Translations under genes and position numbers: made by a program
Part shown: piece by piece, positions 1-9,928 of the stretch
Numbering within the stretch: position 1 is the stretch's first letter
How the letters are laid out: each line of letters opens with the position of its first letter
The notes under the pieces: model-generated
Database searches by the model: none
Told to the model about the DNA's origin: nothing
Seen by the model: the letters and a program-made list of their open reading frames with translations, nothing else
Assembly: GCA_963840095.1 (NCBI GenBank)
Contig: CAWIXN010000005.1
Span: 819,042 to 883,041 of the forward strand
Direction: 5' to 3'
DNA from: an uncultured Actinomycetota bacterium
GTDB lineage: Bacteria > Actinomycetota > Actinomycetes > Streptosporangiales > Streptosporangiaceae
DNA length: 64,000 bases

Positions 1-406
1 GGGTGATGTCTCCGAACCCCACCGTGCTGAACGTAGTGACCGTGAAGTAGAGCGCATCGGTCCGGGTGAGGGAGTGCGTGCTGAAGTTGGCCGGGCTGCT
101 TCGCGCCATCACAAAGTAAGCCGAGGCGAACAGGAGGAGGAACAAGGGCACCGTGGTGGCCAGCGCCTGGACGGCTCGTACGGCCGGGAACCTGGCTCTG
201 GTGATCGCGCGTACCTGCCAGCTGGCGCCAGCCAGCAGAATCACCAGCCCGCCGGCCAGCGCCAGCGGCACGCTTCTGACGTGGTTCAGCGGCAGCACGT
301 AGAACGCCCAGACCAGCACGACGGTCGTCGCGAGTGAGCTCAGCAGCCCCAGCCCGATCAGCCGACGGCGCTTGGCCGACCCTTTCCGATCCGCCTGAAT
401 GCTCAC
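1..406 (-). CDS. Potassium channel family protein (N-terminal part; runs off the window edge)
   Basis: My own minus-strand translation from GTG at 406 reads MSIQADRKGSAKRRRLIGLGLL...SLTRTDALYFTVTTFSTVGFGDIT. TVGFGD is the K+ selectivity-filter signature and a pore helix precedes it. Three hydrophobic helices lie upstream. The start overlaps the stop of the upstream gene (GTGA). Confidence 0.8.
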   Translation of the reverse strand, partial: MSIQADRKGSAKRRRLIGLGLLSSLATTVVLVWAFYVLPLNHVRSVPLALAGGLVILLAGASWQVRAITRARFPAVRAVQALATTVPLFLLLFASAYFVMARSSPANFSTHSLTRTDALYFTVTTFSTVGFGDIT

Positions 407-1083
407 GACACAGGCTCGCCCGCGGCTGCCAGCAGGCGGTTGGCCAGGCCGTCCGCGAATCTCCGCGCCGCTTCCAGGTGATAGTCCTGGATGTTGGTGG
501 GCGGTATCTTGACCCCGAGATAGCGCTGGAGGTACTTGCCCGACCCGAGGTAGCTCACCAGCGCCAGCAGCGAGCGCACCTGGCCGCCTTGGTAGCGGAA
601 GTGAATGCCGTCGGCAAAGACACCGCCGCGCTCGGTGCCGAGTCTGGCCACCGTCTTCAGGTTGTGCCGCCAGTAACGGCGGCAGGGCACGACTACGGCG
701 AACGGCTTCCCGGCCAGGACCTGGCTCGCGGTGTCGGACTCCAGGAAGGACCGGATCGGAACGTCCGTCGACAGCCACCAGGTGGGGGCGCCGATGCACA
801 CCAGGTCGTATTCCCGTTCGGTGACGACGCCAGGGACCCGGATCTTCGCCGGGCGGCGTCGCAGTTGCGCCGGGATCATCCCCAGAACCTCCAGGAACGG
901 GTGCGGCATGGGGAACTCGTTGAATCTGCCCAGGTAGCGAAGGTCGGTAAACTCGATCGCGGCCAGGCTCACGTCGAGGCCGCGCCCTCGTAGCACGCCC
1001 GCCATCGCCTCGGCTACCTTCAGGGTCTGCTGGGTGTAGCTGAAATAAACAAACAGCACCGAGGGCTTGCGAGCGGAGTCCAT
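403..1083 (-). CDS. Flavodoxin-like fold protein (flavodoxin / NAD(P)H-dependent oxidoreductase family)
   Basis: ORF of 226 aa. VLFVYFSYTQQTLKVAEAMA is a flavodoxin-type N-terminal beta-alpha segment. DLVCIGAPTWWLSTDVPIRSFL is typical of flavodoxin-domain proteins. Confidence 0.65.
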   Translation of the reverse strand: MDSARKPSVLFVYFSYTQQTLKVAEAMAGVLRGRGLDVSLAAIEFTDLRYLGRFNEFPMPHPFLEVLGMIPAQLRRRPAKIRVPGVVTEREYDLVCIGAPTWWLSTDVPIRSFLESDTASQVLAGKPFAVVVPCRRYWRHNLKTVARLGTERGGVFADGIHFRYQGGQVRSLLALVSYLGSGKYLQRYLGVKIPPTNIQDYHLEAARRFADGLANRLLAAAGEPVS

Positions 1084-1338
1084 CGTGATCCTTCCCTAGA
1101 GCCACCCTCGCTGCGCCGCAGCCTTGCGGCATCACCCGGCACCGGGTGATTTCGCAGATCAGAGCACACGAGATCTCACCCATGCGGGGTGGTACCGGCA
1201 GGCGCGGGAGTCCTTAGCGTGATGATTTATGCAGCCCCTAAGCGCACGCGCCATCGCCCCGTCAGCCGAATCGCCGTGATCTCGCACGCCCCGACCGGGC
1301 TGGCGCATCAGCCGCCGGCCGCCAGCCGTCACCCAAAG

Positions 1339-1512
1339 ATGGCGATGGCCATGATCGGCGCCGCCGCGGCGGCGCGTATCGCGCGGGACCGCCGCACCTA
1401 CGAACGTCTGATCGTGATCGCACTGGTGCTGGCGGCGGTGGCCGCCCTGGCCCGGGAAAACCAGGCTCGCTCGCAAGAACGTCTGGTTGCCTGGCTTAAG
1501 CAGAGACTATGA
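1339..1512 (+). CDS. Small hypothetical membrane protein (57 aa)
   Basis: Internal ATG of ORF 1189..1512. One hydrophobic helix (LIVIALVLAAVAALA) and GC-rich third codon positions. No recognisable family. Confidence 0.25.
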   Translation: MAMAMIGAAAAARIARDRRTYERLIVIALVLAAVAALARENQARSQERLVAWLKQRL

Positions 1513-1725
1513 GCCGGTAACACCCGTCTGATGCTCCACCATCCGTTGCCTGGATGCGCCGGCGCTAGCGGCGCACTGCGGTCAGTCAGCCGAGCGCGAG
1601 TCGCCGAGCACGACGATGGCCCGGGGACCGACGGCCACGCGATCGTACTCCCGCTTGTCCGGCACCGACATGATGTCGAAGGCGTCAAAGTTGTGCCACC
1701 GGGAGTTGCGGCCCGAAGGCGCGTT

Positions 1726-2529
1726 TCAGGCGATCGGCAGGGCGCCGCCTTCGGCTGCTTCGCTCTCCGCCTTATCCGGCACGCCGCGGACCAGGATGAT
1801 GATCACCACGGCGATCGCGGCGCCGATGAGGTCGCCGAAGACGTACACCCACCAGCCGGTGAAGTGCCAGGCCACGATGTCTGGCCCGAGCGTACGGGCC
1901 GGATTCATCGACGAGCCGCTGATCGGGCTGGCGAACAGCCCGAGCAGGGCCACCGTCGACCCGACCGCGATCGCGGCGTTGTGGCCGATGCTCCGGCCGC
2001 CCGTGGCCGTGTGCAGGATCACGCTGACCAGGATGGTGGTCAGGATGATCTCCATGACAAACGACCGCCAGTCTCCGCCCGGCTTGTCGATCGGGTAGTT
2101 CCCGCCCGCTCTGACGTTGCCGAACATGGCCTGCAGGAACAGCGCAGCGCCGATGGCCCCGGCGAACTGAGCGACCCAGTACGGCACCACCCAGCCCGTC
2201 GGGAATACCCGGCGGCTGGCGAACGCGAAGGTCACCGCGGGATTGATGTGCAACCCGGACAGCGGGCCCCAGGCATAGATCAACGCCATCACCAGGGCAC
2301 CTGGGGCGATCACTGCCGCGGTCCGGCTGATCGGGCCGCCCCCGGCGTACACATTGATCACGCCTGATCCGGCCGCCACGGTCACCAGCATGAAAGTGCC
2401 GAGAAACTCGATGATCAGCCGGATCCACAGCGGCCGCTGCTTAAGTGTGTCTTCTTCGAACCTGATGAGGTACCGGCGCCGGATGGCAGCAGCCTGCTCC
2501 TCGTCCTTAGCATTTACGGCGGCGGCCAC
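1726..2529 (-). CDS. MIP/aquaporin family channel
   Basis: Two NPA boxes (HINPAVTFA and SMNPARTLGP) and six hydrophobic segments. Start set at GTG 2529, which follows GAGGGAG. The upstream part of ORF 1726..2706 looks non-coding. Confidence 0.9.
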   Translation of the reverse strand: MAAAVNAKDEEQAAAIRRRYLIRFEEDTLKQRPLWIRLIIEFLGTFMLVTVAAGSGVINVYAGGGPISRTAAVIAPGALVMALIYAWGPLSGLHINPAVTFAFASRRVFPTGWVVPYWVAQFAGAIGAALFLQAMFGNVRAGGNYPIDKPGGDWRSFVMEIILTTILVSVILHTATGGRSIGHNAAIAVGSTVALLGLFASPISGSSMNPARTLGPDIVAWHFTGWWVYVFGDLIGAAIAVVIIILVRGVPDKAESEAAEGGALPIA

Positions 2530-2584
2530 GCTTACTCCCTCGACGGCCAGCGTCCGCTGACCCAGCGGCCAGCGGCCAGCGGGC

Positions 2585-2986
2585 TCAGGCCAGGACCTTC
2601 GCCTTCTCGCGCTCGAACTCCTCGGCGCTGATAACTCCGCGGTCACGCAGGTCGGCCAGCTTGGCCAGCTGGTCGGCAGTGCTGGTCCCGGCGGCCTGCT
2701 GGACATAACTGCGCATGGCCGCGTCCTGCTGCCTGGCCTGCTGCTCCGCCCGCTCGTGCATCGAGCCGCCGCGGGCGATCAGGTAGATCAGCACGCCGAG
2801 GAACGGGAGGATCACCACGAACAGGACCCACAAGGCCTTGGCCCAGCCGGACAGGTCGCGACTGCGGAAGATGTCGATGAAGATCCAGATCAGCAGCCAG
2901 ATCCACAGCACCCACAAGAAGAACACGAATATGCTCCAGAAAACATTCAGGAGCGGATACGACGACGACGAAGCAGCGAGTATCAC
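2585..2986 (-). CDS. PLD-nuclease N-terminal (PLDc_N) membrane domain + SHOCT domain protein
   Basis: Trp-rich two-helix N-terminus with GWAKALWVLFVVILPFLGVLIYL. C-terminal LAKLADLRDRGVISAEEFEREKAKVL is the SHOCT motif. AAGGAG lies 6 nt upstream of the start. Confidence 0.8.
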   Translation of the reverse strand: MILAASSSSYPLLNVFWSIFVFFLWVLWIWLLIWIFIDIFRSRDLSGWAKALWVLFVVILPFLGVLIYLIARGGSMHERAEQQARQQDAAMRSYVQQAAGTSTADQLAKLADLRDRGVISAEEFEREKAKVLA

Positions 2987-3041
2987 TTACTTCTCCTTAG
3001 CGCCAGGCGGGCCTGCGGGCATAGCTCTGACGCCATGCCCG

Positions 3042-3920
3042 CTAGGCAGGGCTTAACTGTGCAGTCTCAGCATTCGCCGCCAGTCGATCACCGGCATCAC
3101 CCGCCACGGGTGAGACAACCAGCCCCGGCCATCGTGCTCTCCTCACCCGGTGCCGACGGGACACCCGGTCGGCAGGCGAGCGGCTCGGCCCCCGCATCCC
3201 GGGCCTGGTGCACACGAACCAGGTCCGGTTCTGGAGATCGTCATTGACAACGCCGCCGTCACTGTCGATAGTTACCACGTCAGAGAAAGTTTCACTGAGC
3301 GCCTCCCGTATCTCGTCCTGCGGAAATGATGCTGTCCTGATGACGTCGGTGAGCAGCCGGTAGCTGCCGCCCGGCTGGAGCTCAAATACCTCGATGTCCC
3401 AGTCGAAGACGCCCTGGCCGCAGTCCCGCACCCTGGTGAGCAGGTAGTTGTCGCCGAATCGCTGGGCCGGCTGAGGGGCTCGAGCCATCATCTTGAGGCT
3501 GTCAATGGTAATTACGTCAAAGACCAGCACGCCACCATCGTTTAGGTGCCTGTAAGTGCAGTCGAAGAAGCTCTGCCATTTCGAGAAGTCCAGCAGGTGG
3601 TTGATGCCGTGGTAGACGCAAACGATGGCGTCGAAGGTCGCGCCGAGTTCGAACCTGCTCATGTCGGCCAGGTACAGGGGCGTGCCGGCGGGCAGCTTCG
3701 CACGGGCTACGGCCAGCATGCCCGGCGATATATCCAGGCCGCTCACCTGGTATCTGGCCGCCAGCGGAGCAATGACGGCGCCCGTACCGCAGGCCACCTC
3801 GAGCAGCGTCGCAGCCCCCCGGCGAGCGCGCTCGATAATTCCGCTGACAAAAGAAGTCTCCGTAGCGGAATCACCTGTTACGGCATCGTAATGCACGGCA
3901 AGCGAATCGTAAGCTACCAT
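3042..3920 (-). CDS. Class I SAM-dependent methyltransferase
   Basis: LLEVACGTGAVIAPLA is the motif I glycine loop, followed by VSGLDISPGML and VLVFDV. Start set at ATG 3920 (MVAYDSLAVHYD). The long C-terminal tail overlaps a 60-nt repeat. Confidence 0.8.
   Translation of the reverse strand: MVAYDSLAVHYDAVTGDSATETSFVSGIIERARRGAATLLEVACGTGAVIAPLAARYQVSGLDISPGMLAVARAKLPAGTPLYLADMSRFELGATFDAIVCVYHGINHLLDFSKWQSFFDCTYRHLNDGGVLVFDVITIDSLKMMARAPQPAQRFGDNYLLTRVRDCGQGVFDWDIEVFELQPGGSYRLLTDVIRTASFPQDEIREALSETFSDVVTIDSDGGVVNDDLQNRTWFVCTRPGMRGPSRSPADRVSRRHRVRRARWPGLVVSPVAGDAGDRLAANAETAQLSPA
3058..3117 (+). repeat. 60-nt dispersed repeat, copy 1 (contains hairpin TCACCCG-CCA-CGGGTGA)
   Basis: Aligned by eye to 9929..9988 with about 52/60 identical positions, in the same orientation. 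Confidence 0.8.
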
Positions 3921-3947
3921 GTTGCCGAGATTATACGGGGCACCGAA

Positions 3948-4826
3948 ATGACGCAATCGCCTGGAGAGGCGCCTAAGCGGGACCACGATCCAGGCCGCGG
4001 CGGGAGCATCGGCCCCTTCGTGACCTTCGTCGATCACGTGCGGCCAGACGGCACGGTAGCTCGCTGGGAGTCCCGCCGCCACCGCAAGCACCTGCACGGC
4101 CCGTCGGCTGTCGGCTCGACGTGGTGGGCGCCTACGGCCCGCGGCTGGTGGATCGCCGTCCTGTTCGCCGTGGGATCGGCGCTCTTCGCCCTCGGCGCCG
4201 TCCCCGCGTACGCCAGTGCCGTCGGGGCCCGCTCCGACGCCGTGACGTTCTTCGTCGGCTCGCTGTTCTTCACCTCGGCCGGGTTCTTGAGCTACCGGGA
4301 AGCCGTCGACGCCGGGCCGCCGGCGCCCAGTGCACGCCGGCGTCGCTTCTTCGTTTTCCAGCCCCGCAGGATCGACTGGTGGGCGACCGCCGTGCAACTG
4401 GCCGGGACCCTCTACTTCAACGTCAGCACCGGGAACGCGGTCCGGGTGGACCTCTCCGCCCAGGCCGCGAACCAGCACGTATGGCGGCCCGACGCGGTCG
4501 GCTCGATCTGCTTCCTGGTCGCCAGCGGGCTGGCCTGGTTCGAGGTCTGCCACGGCTGGGCCGCCTGGCGTCCCCGGTCATGGTCATGGTGGATCGCGCT
4601 GGCCAACCTGATCGGCTCCGTGGCCTTCGGCGTGTCGGCGGTGGCCGGATACATCAACCCGGCGACCGGCCAGCTGCACAACGCCGAGCGCTCGAATCTG
4701 GGCACTCTGATAGGTGCGCTGTGCTTCTTGGTCGGCGCGCTGCTGCTCCTGCCCGAGCGCACCGAGGAAGCCAGCATGGGAGAATCCAGCACCGCGGTGA
4801 CCGCCCCGGGCGCCAGCGGCACGTGA
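3948..4826 (+). CDS. Hypothetical multi-pass membrane protein (YrhK-like repeats)
   Basis: In-frame part of ORF 3546..4826 that does not overlap the methyltransferase. Six hydrophobic helices with repeated W-rich segments. The start is uncertain (ATG 3948 or a downstream GTG). Confidence 0.55.
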   Translation: MTQSPGEAPKRDHDPGRGGSIGPFVTFVDHVRPDGTVARWESRRHRKHLHGPSAVGSTWWAPTARGWWIAVLFAVGSALFALGAVPAYASAVGARSDAVTFFVGSLFFTSAGFLSYREAVDAGPPAPSARRRRFFVFQPRRIDWWATAVQLAGTLYFNVSTGNAVRVDLSAQAANQHVWRPDAVGSICFLVASGLAWFEVCHGWAAWRPRSWSWWIALANLIGSVAFGVSAVAGYINPATGQLHNAERSNLGTLIGALCFLVGALLLLPERTEEASMGESSTAVTAPGASGT

Positions 4827-4857
4827 ATCGTGCCCGGGGATCGAAGAGGAGACTGGC

Positions 4858-6657
4858 GTGGCTGATCTGCCGTTCGAGGACCATTCCGATTTCGAGGATG
4901 CTGACCGCGGGCTGATCGGCTCGCTGGACCCGTGCGTCGTGAAGAACGCCGCCGGGCGGGTGGTGTGGGACAACGATGCGTACCGGTTCCTAGACGGCGA
5001 CTGCCCGGATACGGCTAACCAGAGCTTGTGGCGGCAGTCTCAGCTTTGCGCCAGGCAGGGCTTGTTCAAGGTGACGGACGGCATCTACCAGCTGCGCGGG
5101 CTTGACCTGTCGAACATGACCATCGTGGAGGGCGACCACGGCGTCATCGTGATCGACCCGCTGATCTCGACTGAGACGGCGGCCGCCGGGCTCGCCCTGT
5201 ACTGGCGGCATCGGGGTGACCGGCCGGTGACCGGGGTGATCTACACCCACAGCCACGGCGACCACTTCGGCGGAGTCCGCGGCGTAGTGACCGAAGACGT
5301 GCCGATCCTGGCCCCGGCCGGGTTCCTGGAGCACGCCGTGGAGGAGAACGTGTACGCGGGCACCGCGATGAACCGGCGGGCGGTGTACATGTACGGCGCC
5401 GAGCTCGGCAAGACGCCGGAGGGGCAGATCGGCGCGGGGCTGGGCATGACGACCTCGACGGGGACGGTCTCGCTGATCGCACCGACGGTTGATATCACGC
5501 ATACCGGCCAGCGGGAGACGGTCGACGGGGTGGCGATGGAGTTCCAGCTCACCCCCGGGACCGAGGCACCGGCGGAGATGAACTTCCTGTTCCCGGACCA
5601 CCGCGCGCTGTGCATGGCCGAGAACGCCACACACAACCTGCACAACCTGCTGACCCTCCGCGGGGCGCTGGTCCGCGATCCGCGGATCTGGGCCCGCTAC
5701 CTGAATGAGGCGATCGTGCGGTTCGGCGACCGGGCCGATGTGGCGTTCGCGTCGCACCACTGGCCGACCTGGGGGCACGACAAGGTCATCCGGTTCCTGT
5801 CGGAGCAGCGGGACCTGTACGCCTACCTGCACGACCAGTCACTGCGCCTGCTGAACCAGGGCTATACCGGCCTGGAGATCGCCGAGCTGATCCAGCTCCC
5901 GCCCGCGCTCGAGCGTGCCTGGCACGCCCGCGGTTACTACGGCTCGGTCAGCCACAACGTCAAGGCGATCTACCAGCGGTACATGGGCTGGTTCGACGGC
6001 AACCCGGCCAGCCTCTGGAAGCACCCTCCCGAGGCCGCGGCCCAGCGATACGTCGAGTGTCTCGGCGGCACCGATGCGGTCGTCGCCAAAGCCCGGCAGT
6101 ACGCCGATTCCGGTGACCTGCGGTTCGCAGCCGAGCTGCTCAACCACGCAGTATTCGCCGACCCCGGGCACCAGGAGGCCAAGCAGCTGCTCGCCGCGAC
6201 GTACGAAAAGCTCGGGTATGGGACAGAGAACGGCACCTGGCGCAACTTCTACCTGATGGGCGCGCTGGAGCTACGTCATGGCGCGGTCCCGCCGTCGCTG
6301 AGCCTGGCCCCGCCCGACATGATCCAGGCACTCACCGTGGAGCAGCTGTTCGACTCGATCGCGATCCGCATCAACGGGCCGAAAGCCTGGTCCCAGGCAC
6401 TGACGATCGACTGGAGTCTCACCGACGAGAACACCCGGTACCGGATGACCCTGTCCAACGGCGCCCTGATCCACTGGGCCGGTCCCGCCCCGGGCGCCAC
6501 CGACCTGACCGTGACCCTCACCAAACCGCAGTTGCTCGGACTGCTCGCGGGACAGGGCCTGGACGGCATCCAGACCGCTGGCGACGCTGATGTCTTGCAG
6601 CGGCTGCTCGGCTTGCTGGATACTCCGCAACCCGGATTCGCTATCGTCACTCCGTAA
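4858..6657 (+). CDS. Alkyl/aryl-sulfatase (MBL-fold, SdsA1/BDS1 type)
   Basis: 599 aa. YTHSHGDHFGG is the metallo-beta-lactamase motif. N-terminal FEDADRGLIG and LWRQSQL are typical of this family. The C-terminal part resembles an SCP2-like dimerisation domain. Confidence 0.9.
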   Translation: MADLPFEDHSDFEDADRGLIGSLDPCVVKNAAGRVVWDNDAYRFLDGDCPDTANQSLWRQSQLCARQGLFKVTDGIYQLRGLDLSNMTIVEGDHGVIVIDPLISTETAAAGLALYWRHRGDRPVTGVIYTHSHGDHFGGVRGVVTEDVPILAPAGFLEHAVEENVYAGTAMNRRAVYMYGAELGKTPEGQIGAGLGMTTSTGTVSLIAPTVDITHTGQRETVDGVAMEFQLTPGTEAPAEMNFLFPDHRALCMAENATHNLHNLLTLRGALVRDPRIWARYLNEAIVRFGDRADVAFASHHWPTWGHDKVIRFLSEQRDLYAYLHDQSLRLLNQGYTGLEIAELIQLPPALERAWHARGYYGSVSHNVKAIYQRYMGWFDGNPASLWKHPPEAAAQRYVECLGGTDAVVAKARQYADSGDLRFAAELLNHAVFADPGHQEAKQLLAATYEKLGYGTENGTWRNFYLMGALELRHGAVPPSLSLAPPDMIQALTVEQLFDSIAIRINGPKAWSQALTIDWSLTDENTRYRMTLSNGALIHWAGPAPGATDLTVTLTKPQLLGLLAGQGLDGIQTAGDADVLQRLLGLLDTPQPGFAIVTP

Positions 6658-6779
6658 CGGCCAGCACCGGGTTTCCCGAACTCATCCACCGTGGGTGATG
6701 TCGTCATCGGGGGCTGCCGACCAGCATGACTGGGGAACTGCGTCTGCCGATGAGCGGCGCCGAGCTAGGAGAGCCCACC

Positions 6780-8180
6780 ATGCCCCTGCACGACCGCGAC
6801 AGCATCCGTCAGCAGCTGGAGGACTCGGTGTTCGCCCGGCATGACCTGACCCGGCCCGTGCCCAAGTACCGGTTCCCGCGGGACGAGACGGAGCCGAGGG
6901 AGGCGTACCAGGTGGTGTCGGACGAGGTGATGCTCGACGGCAACGCCCGCCAGAACCTGGCCACCTTCTGCCAGACGTGGGAAGAGCCGGAACTCCTCGC
7001 GCTGATGACGATCTCGGTTAACAAGAACCTGATCGACAAGGATGAGTATCCGCAGACCGCCGAGATCGAGGCGCGCTGCGTGCACATGCTGGCCGACCTG
7101 TGGAATGCGCCCGCCGCGGCCAATACCGTGGGCGCCTCGGCCATCGGGTCCTCGGAGGCCTGCATGCTGGCGGGCATGGCGGCCAAGTGGCGCTGGCGGG
7201 CCAAGCGGCAAGCCGAGGGCAAGCCGGCCGATAAGCCGAACATGGTGTGCGGTCCAGTACAGGTGGTATGGCACAAGTTCGCCCGCTACTGGGACATCGA
7301 AATGCGCGAGGTCCCGATGTCTCATGACAGCTATGCCATGACTCCAGCCTCGATGCTGGAGCGGGTGGACGAGAACACGATCATGGTCGTCCCCACCTTC
7401 GGCGTCACCTACACCGGCGCCTATGAGCAGGTGGAGGCCATGTCCAAGGCGCTCGACCAGCTGCAGGCCGATACCGGCCTTGATGTCGACATTCACGTTG
7501 ACGGGGCCAGCGGCGCCTTCCTCGCCCCGTTCTGCGCGCCTGACGTGGTCTTCGACTTCCGCCTCCCCCGGGTGAAGTCGATCAGCAGCTCGGGGCACAA
7601 GTTCGGGCTGGCGCCACTGGGCGTCGGCTGGGTCATCTGGCGGGATCGCCAGGAGCTCCCTGATGACCTGGTGTTCCACGTCAACTACCTGGGCGGCGAC
7701 ATGCCGACCTTCCAGATCAACTTCTCCCGCCCGGCCGGGCAGATCATCGCGCAGTACTACAACTTCCTGCGCCTGGGCCATGAGGGGTACAAGCGCATCC
7801 ACGACGGGTCCTATGAGATCGGCCGGTACCTCGCCACCGAGATCGTCAAGCTGGGCCCCTTCGAGCTCCTCTGTGACAGCAATCCGGCCACCGGGATCCC
7901 GACGGTGACCTGGCGGATCCGCGAGGGCGAGGACCCTGGCTACACCTTGTTCGACCTGGCCGACCGGCTGCGCACCCGGGGCTGGCAGGTGCCTGCCTAC
8001 ACCCTCACCGGGACGGCCGCCGACATCGCCGTCCAGCGCATCCTGGTCCGCCTGGGGGTGAGCCAGGACCTGGCCTCCCTGCTCCTCGACGACTTCAAGG
8101 ACGCCGTGGCCCACTTCTCGAAGCATCCGGTCACGGTGTCCATGACGAAGGAGGAGTCAGGCGGGTTCAGCCATCTGTAG
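6780..8180 (+). CDS. gadB: Glutamate decarboxylase (PLP-dependent)
   Basis: [30 protein letters not shown] and [19 protein letters not shown] (PLP lysine) are GAD signatures. Start set at ATG 6780 after GGAGAG. Confidence 0.92.
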   Translation: MPLHDRDSIRQQLEDSVFARHDLTRPVPKYRFPRDETEPREAYQVVSDEVMLDGNARQNLATFCQTWEEPELLALMTISVNKNLIDKDEYPQTAEIEARCVHMLADLWNAPAAANTVGASAIGSSEACMLAGMAAKWRWRAKRQAEGKPADKPNMVCGPVQVVWHKFARYWDIEMREVPMSHDSYAMTPASMLERVDENTIMVVPTFGVTYTGAYEQVEAMSKALDQLQADTGLDVDIHVDGASGAFLAPFCAPDVVFDFRLPRVKSISSSGHKFGLAPLGVGWVIWRDRQELPDDLVFHVNYLGGDMPTFQINFSRPAGQIIAQYYNFLRLGHEGYKRIHDGSYEIGRYLATEIVKLGPFELLCDSNPATGIPTVTWRIREGEDPGYTLFDLADRLRTRGWQVPAYTLTGTAADIAVQRILVRLGVSQDLASLLLDDFKDAVAHFSKHPVTVSMTKEESGGFSHL

Positions 8181-8356
8181 AGCCCGTTCAGTTCGGGCCA
8201 CCGCGACATTCACCCGCCATGGGTGAGGCAGCAAGCGGCAAGGTCAGCGTGGTCCGCAAGCATGAGCAGCCGGCTCCAGGCAGCTGGGACCGAGTAGCGA
8301 CGAGCAGGGCGCATCTCGTCTCGCCCGGTCCCGGTGCGATGAACAGGAGGCCGGGG

Positions 8357-9235
8357 ATGGCCGATCAGCTGCCGAGCTGGACGGAGGGGCCGGCGAAGGC
8401 CCAGATCCTGGAGTTCGTGCAGTCGGTGACCGAGCCGGGCGCGTCGTTCGTGCCCGCGCCGGACCGGATCGCGGCGTTCGACTACGACGGCACGCTGTGG
8501 TGCGAGAAGCCGATGTACCCGCAGGCCGATTTCCTGCTGCGGCGCTGGCAGGAGATGGTCCGGGCCCATCCCGGCTTAGCCAAGCAGCAGCCGTGGAAGG
8601 CCGTGACCGAGGGGGATCAGGAGTGGCTGGCGGGGATGCTGGCGCGGGTGCCTGACCTGACCCGGGGCGTGACCCAGGCCTACGAGGGCATCACCGTCGA
8701 GGCGTTCGAGAGGGCCGTGCGGACCTTCATCGATACCGCGCGCCATCCGGTGCTCGGCGTCCCCTACACCAGCCTGGCCTACCGCCCGATGCGCGAGCTG
8801 ATCGCGCTGCTGACGGCCGTGCAATTCGAGGTCTACATCTGCTCGGCGGGCGGCCGGGATTTCGTCCGGGCGGTGGCGCCGGAGATGTACGGCATCCCCC
8901 GGCAGCGGGTGATCGGGTCGGGCACCACCCTGGAGTACCGCCACGGCGAGGTGTACCGCACCCGGGGCGTCGAGCAACCTATCGATGATGGTCCTGGCAA
9001 GCCGATCCACATCTGGACGCGCACCGGCCGCAAGCCGCTGCTGGCGGGCGGGAACGCCGACGGGGACGCCGCGATGCTGCGGACGGCCCGGTTCGGCCTG
9101 CTGATCCGTCACGACGACGCCGCGCGGGAATACGCCTACGACGCAGGCTCGGAGAAGGCTCTGGTCAAGGCCAAGGAACGCGGCTGGACGGTCGTGAGCA
9201 TGCAAAACGACTTCAAGGTGGTCTTTGACCTGTAA
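8357..9235 (+). CDS. HAD-superfamily hydrolase (phosphatase-like)
   Basis: FDYDGTLW is HAD motif I (DxDxT). GGNADGDAAML is motif IV. AGGAGG lies 6 nt upstream of ATG 8357. Confidence 0.75.
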   Translation: MADQLPSWTEGPAKAQILEFVQSVTEPGASFVPAPDRIAAFDYDGTLWCEKPMYPQADFLLRRWQEMVRAHPGLAKQQPWKAVTEGDQEWLAGMLARVPDLTRGVTQAYEGITVEAFERAVRTFIDTARHPVLGVPYTSLAYRPMRELIALLTAVQFEVYICSAGGRDFVRAVAPEMYGIPRQRVIGSGTTLEYRHGEVYRTRGVEQPIDDGPGKPIHIWTRTGRKPLLAGGNADGDAAMLRTARFGLLIRHDDAAREYAYDAGSEKALVKAKERGWTVVSMQNDFKVVFDL

Positions 9236-9274
9236 CCGTCATGGCGCGCGCCGTAAGCAGGACGCCCGCGCCGC

Positions 9275-9865
9275 TCAGTCAGCCCGCGGCAGATTCTCCA
9301 CTTGCTTCTTGGTGATGTTGAGCCGGATTCCGCCGTCGACCCGGGTCACGGCAGCGATCGGGATGGCGACTTCCTTGCGCCCCCACAGATGCCCCTCCTG
9401 GAGCACGACGTGGGTCACCTGGTGACTGTCCGGGTCGATCAGGAAGCCCTGCACCCGCCCGATCTCGCCATCGACGGCATGGACGCCCTCACCCGGGCCC
9501 ACCTCTGTCTCGCCCACCGGAACGACGTCTTCGAGGACCGTCCCTCGGTGGGCCAGGGACGTGCCGTATTCCATGCCAATGAGGCCGCCGCCCGTGTTGG
9601 CCAGGCCCTCCACCACGTCGCGCTCCGCGGAGTGCTCGAGCCGCTCGAACTCCGCGAGGCTGCAGCGCAGCCTGATCTCGCCGGTAGTCGCGTCGACCAG
9701 CTCAAGCGGAACAAGGCGGCCTGCCGCTTTCTGGTGCTCCGGTTCGATGACCAGGTGGGTGATCGTTCCGGCGGCCTCGTCGATGATCACGCGGCTAAGC
9801 TCGCCGCAGATTCCATCCGAGCAGCTTGCCCTGGTCCCGATCGTGAATTCCGTCGCCTCTGCCAC
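9275..9865 (-). CDS. PRC-barrel domain protein (two PRC-like halves)
   Basis: 196 aa. Repeated DGxxGxVxxxxID...xxVTHLVI/VTHVVL pattern typical of PRC barrels. Confidence 0.7.
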   Translation of the reverse strand: MAEATEFTIGTRASCSDGICGELSRVIIDEAAGTITHLVIEPEHQKAAGRLVPLELVDATTGEIRLRCSLAEFERLEHSAERDVVEGLANTGGGLIGMEYGTSLAHRGTVLEDVVPVGETEVGPGEGVHAVDGEIGRVQGFLIDPDSHQVTHVVLQEGHLWGRKEVAIPIAAVTRVDGGIRLNITKKQVENLPRAD

Positions 9866-9928
9866 TGCTGCCTTCCCTTGACTCCCCGGTCACGCGGGCC
9901 AGCCAGCGTGGCCAGCTGGTCTGCTCAG

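Noticed and set aside
6765-8126. 453-aa ORF on the minus strand, antisense to glutamate decarboxylase.
   Set aside because: The translation is Arg/Gly/Pro/His-rich with no motifs. It fully overlaps a gene carrying unmistakable GAD signatures. This is a typical high-GC antisense artefact. The same reasoning applies to 11747..12994, 13306..14460, 14662..15546, 20096..21424, 28394..29764, 31615..33765, 33940..35031, 55411..56367, 59917..60972 and similar ORFs.
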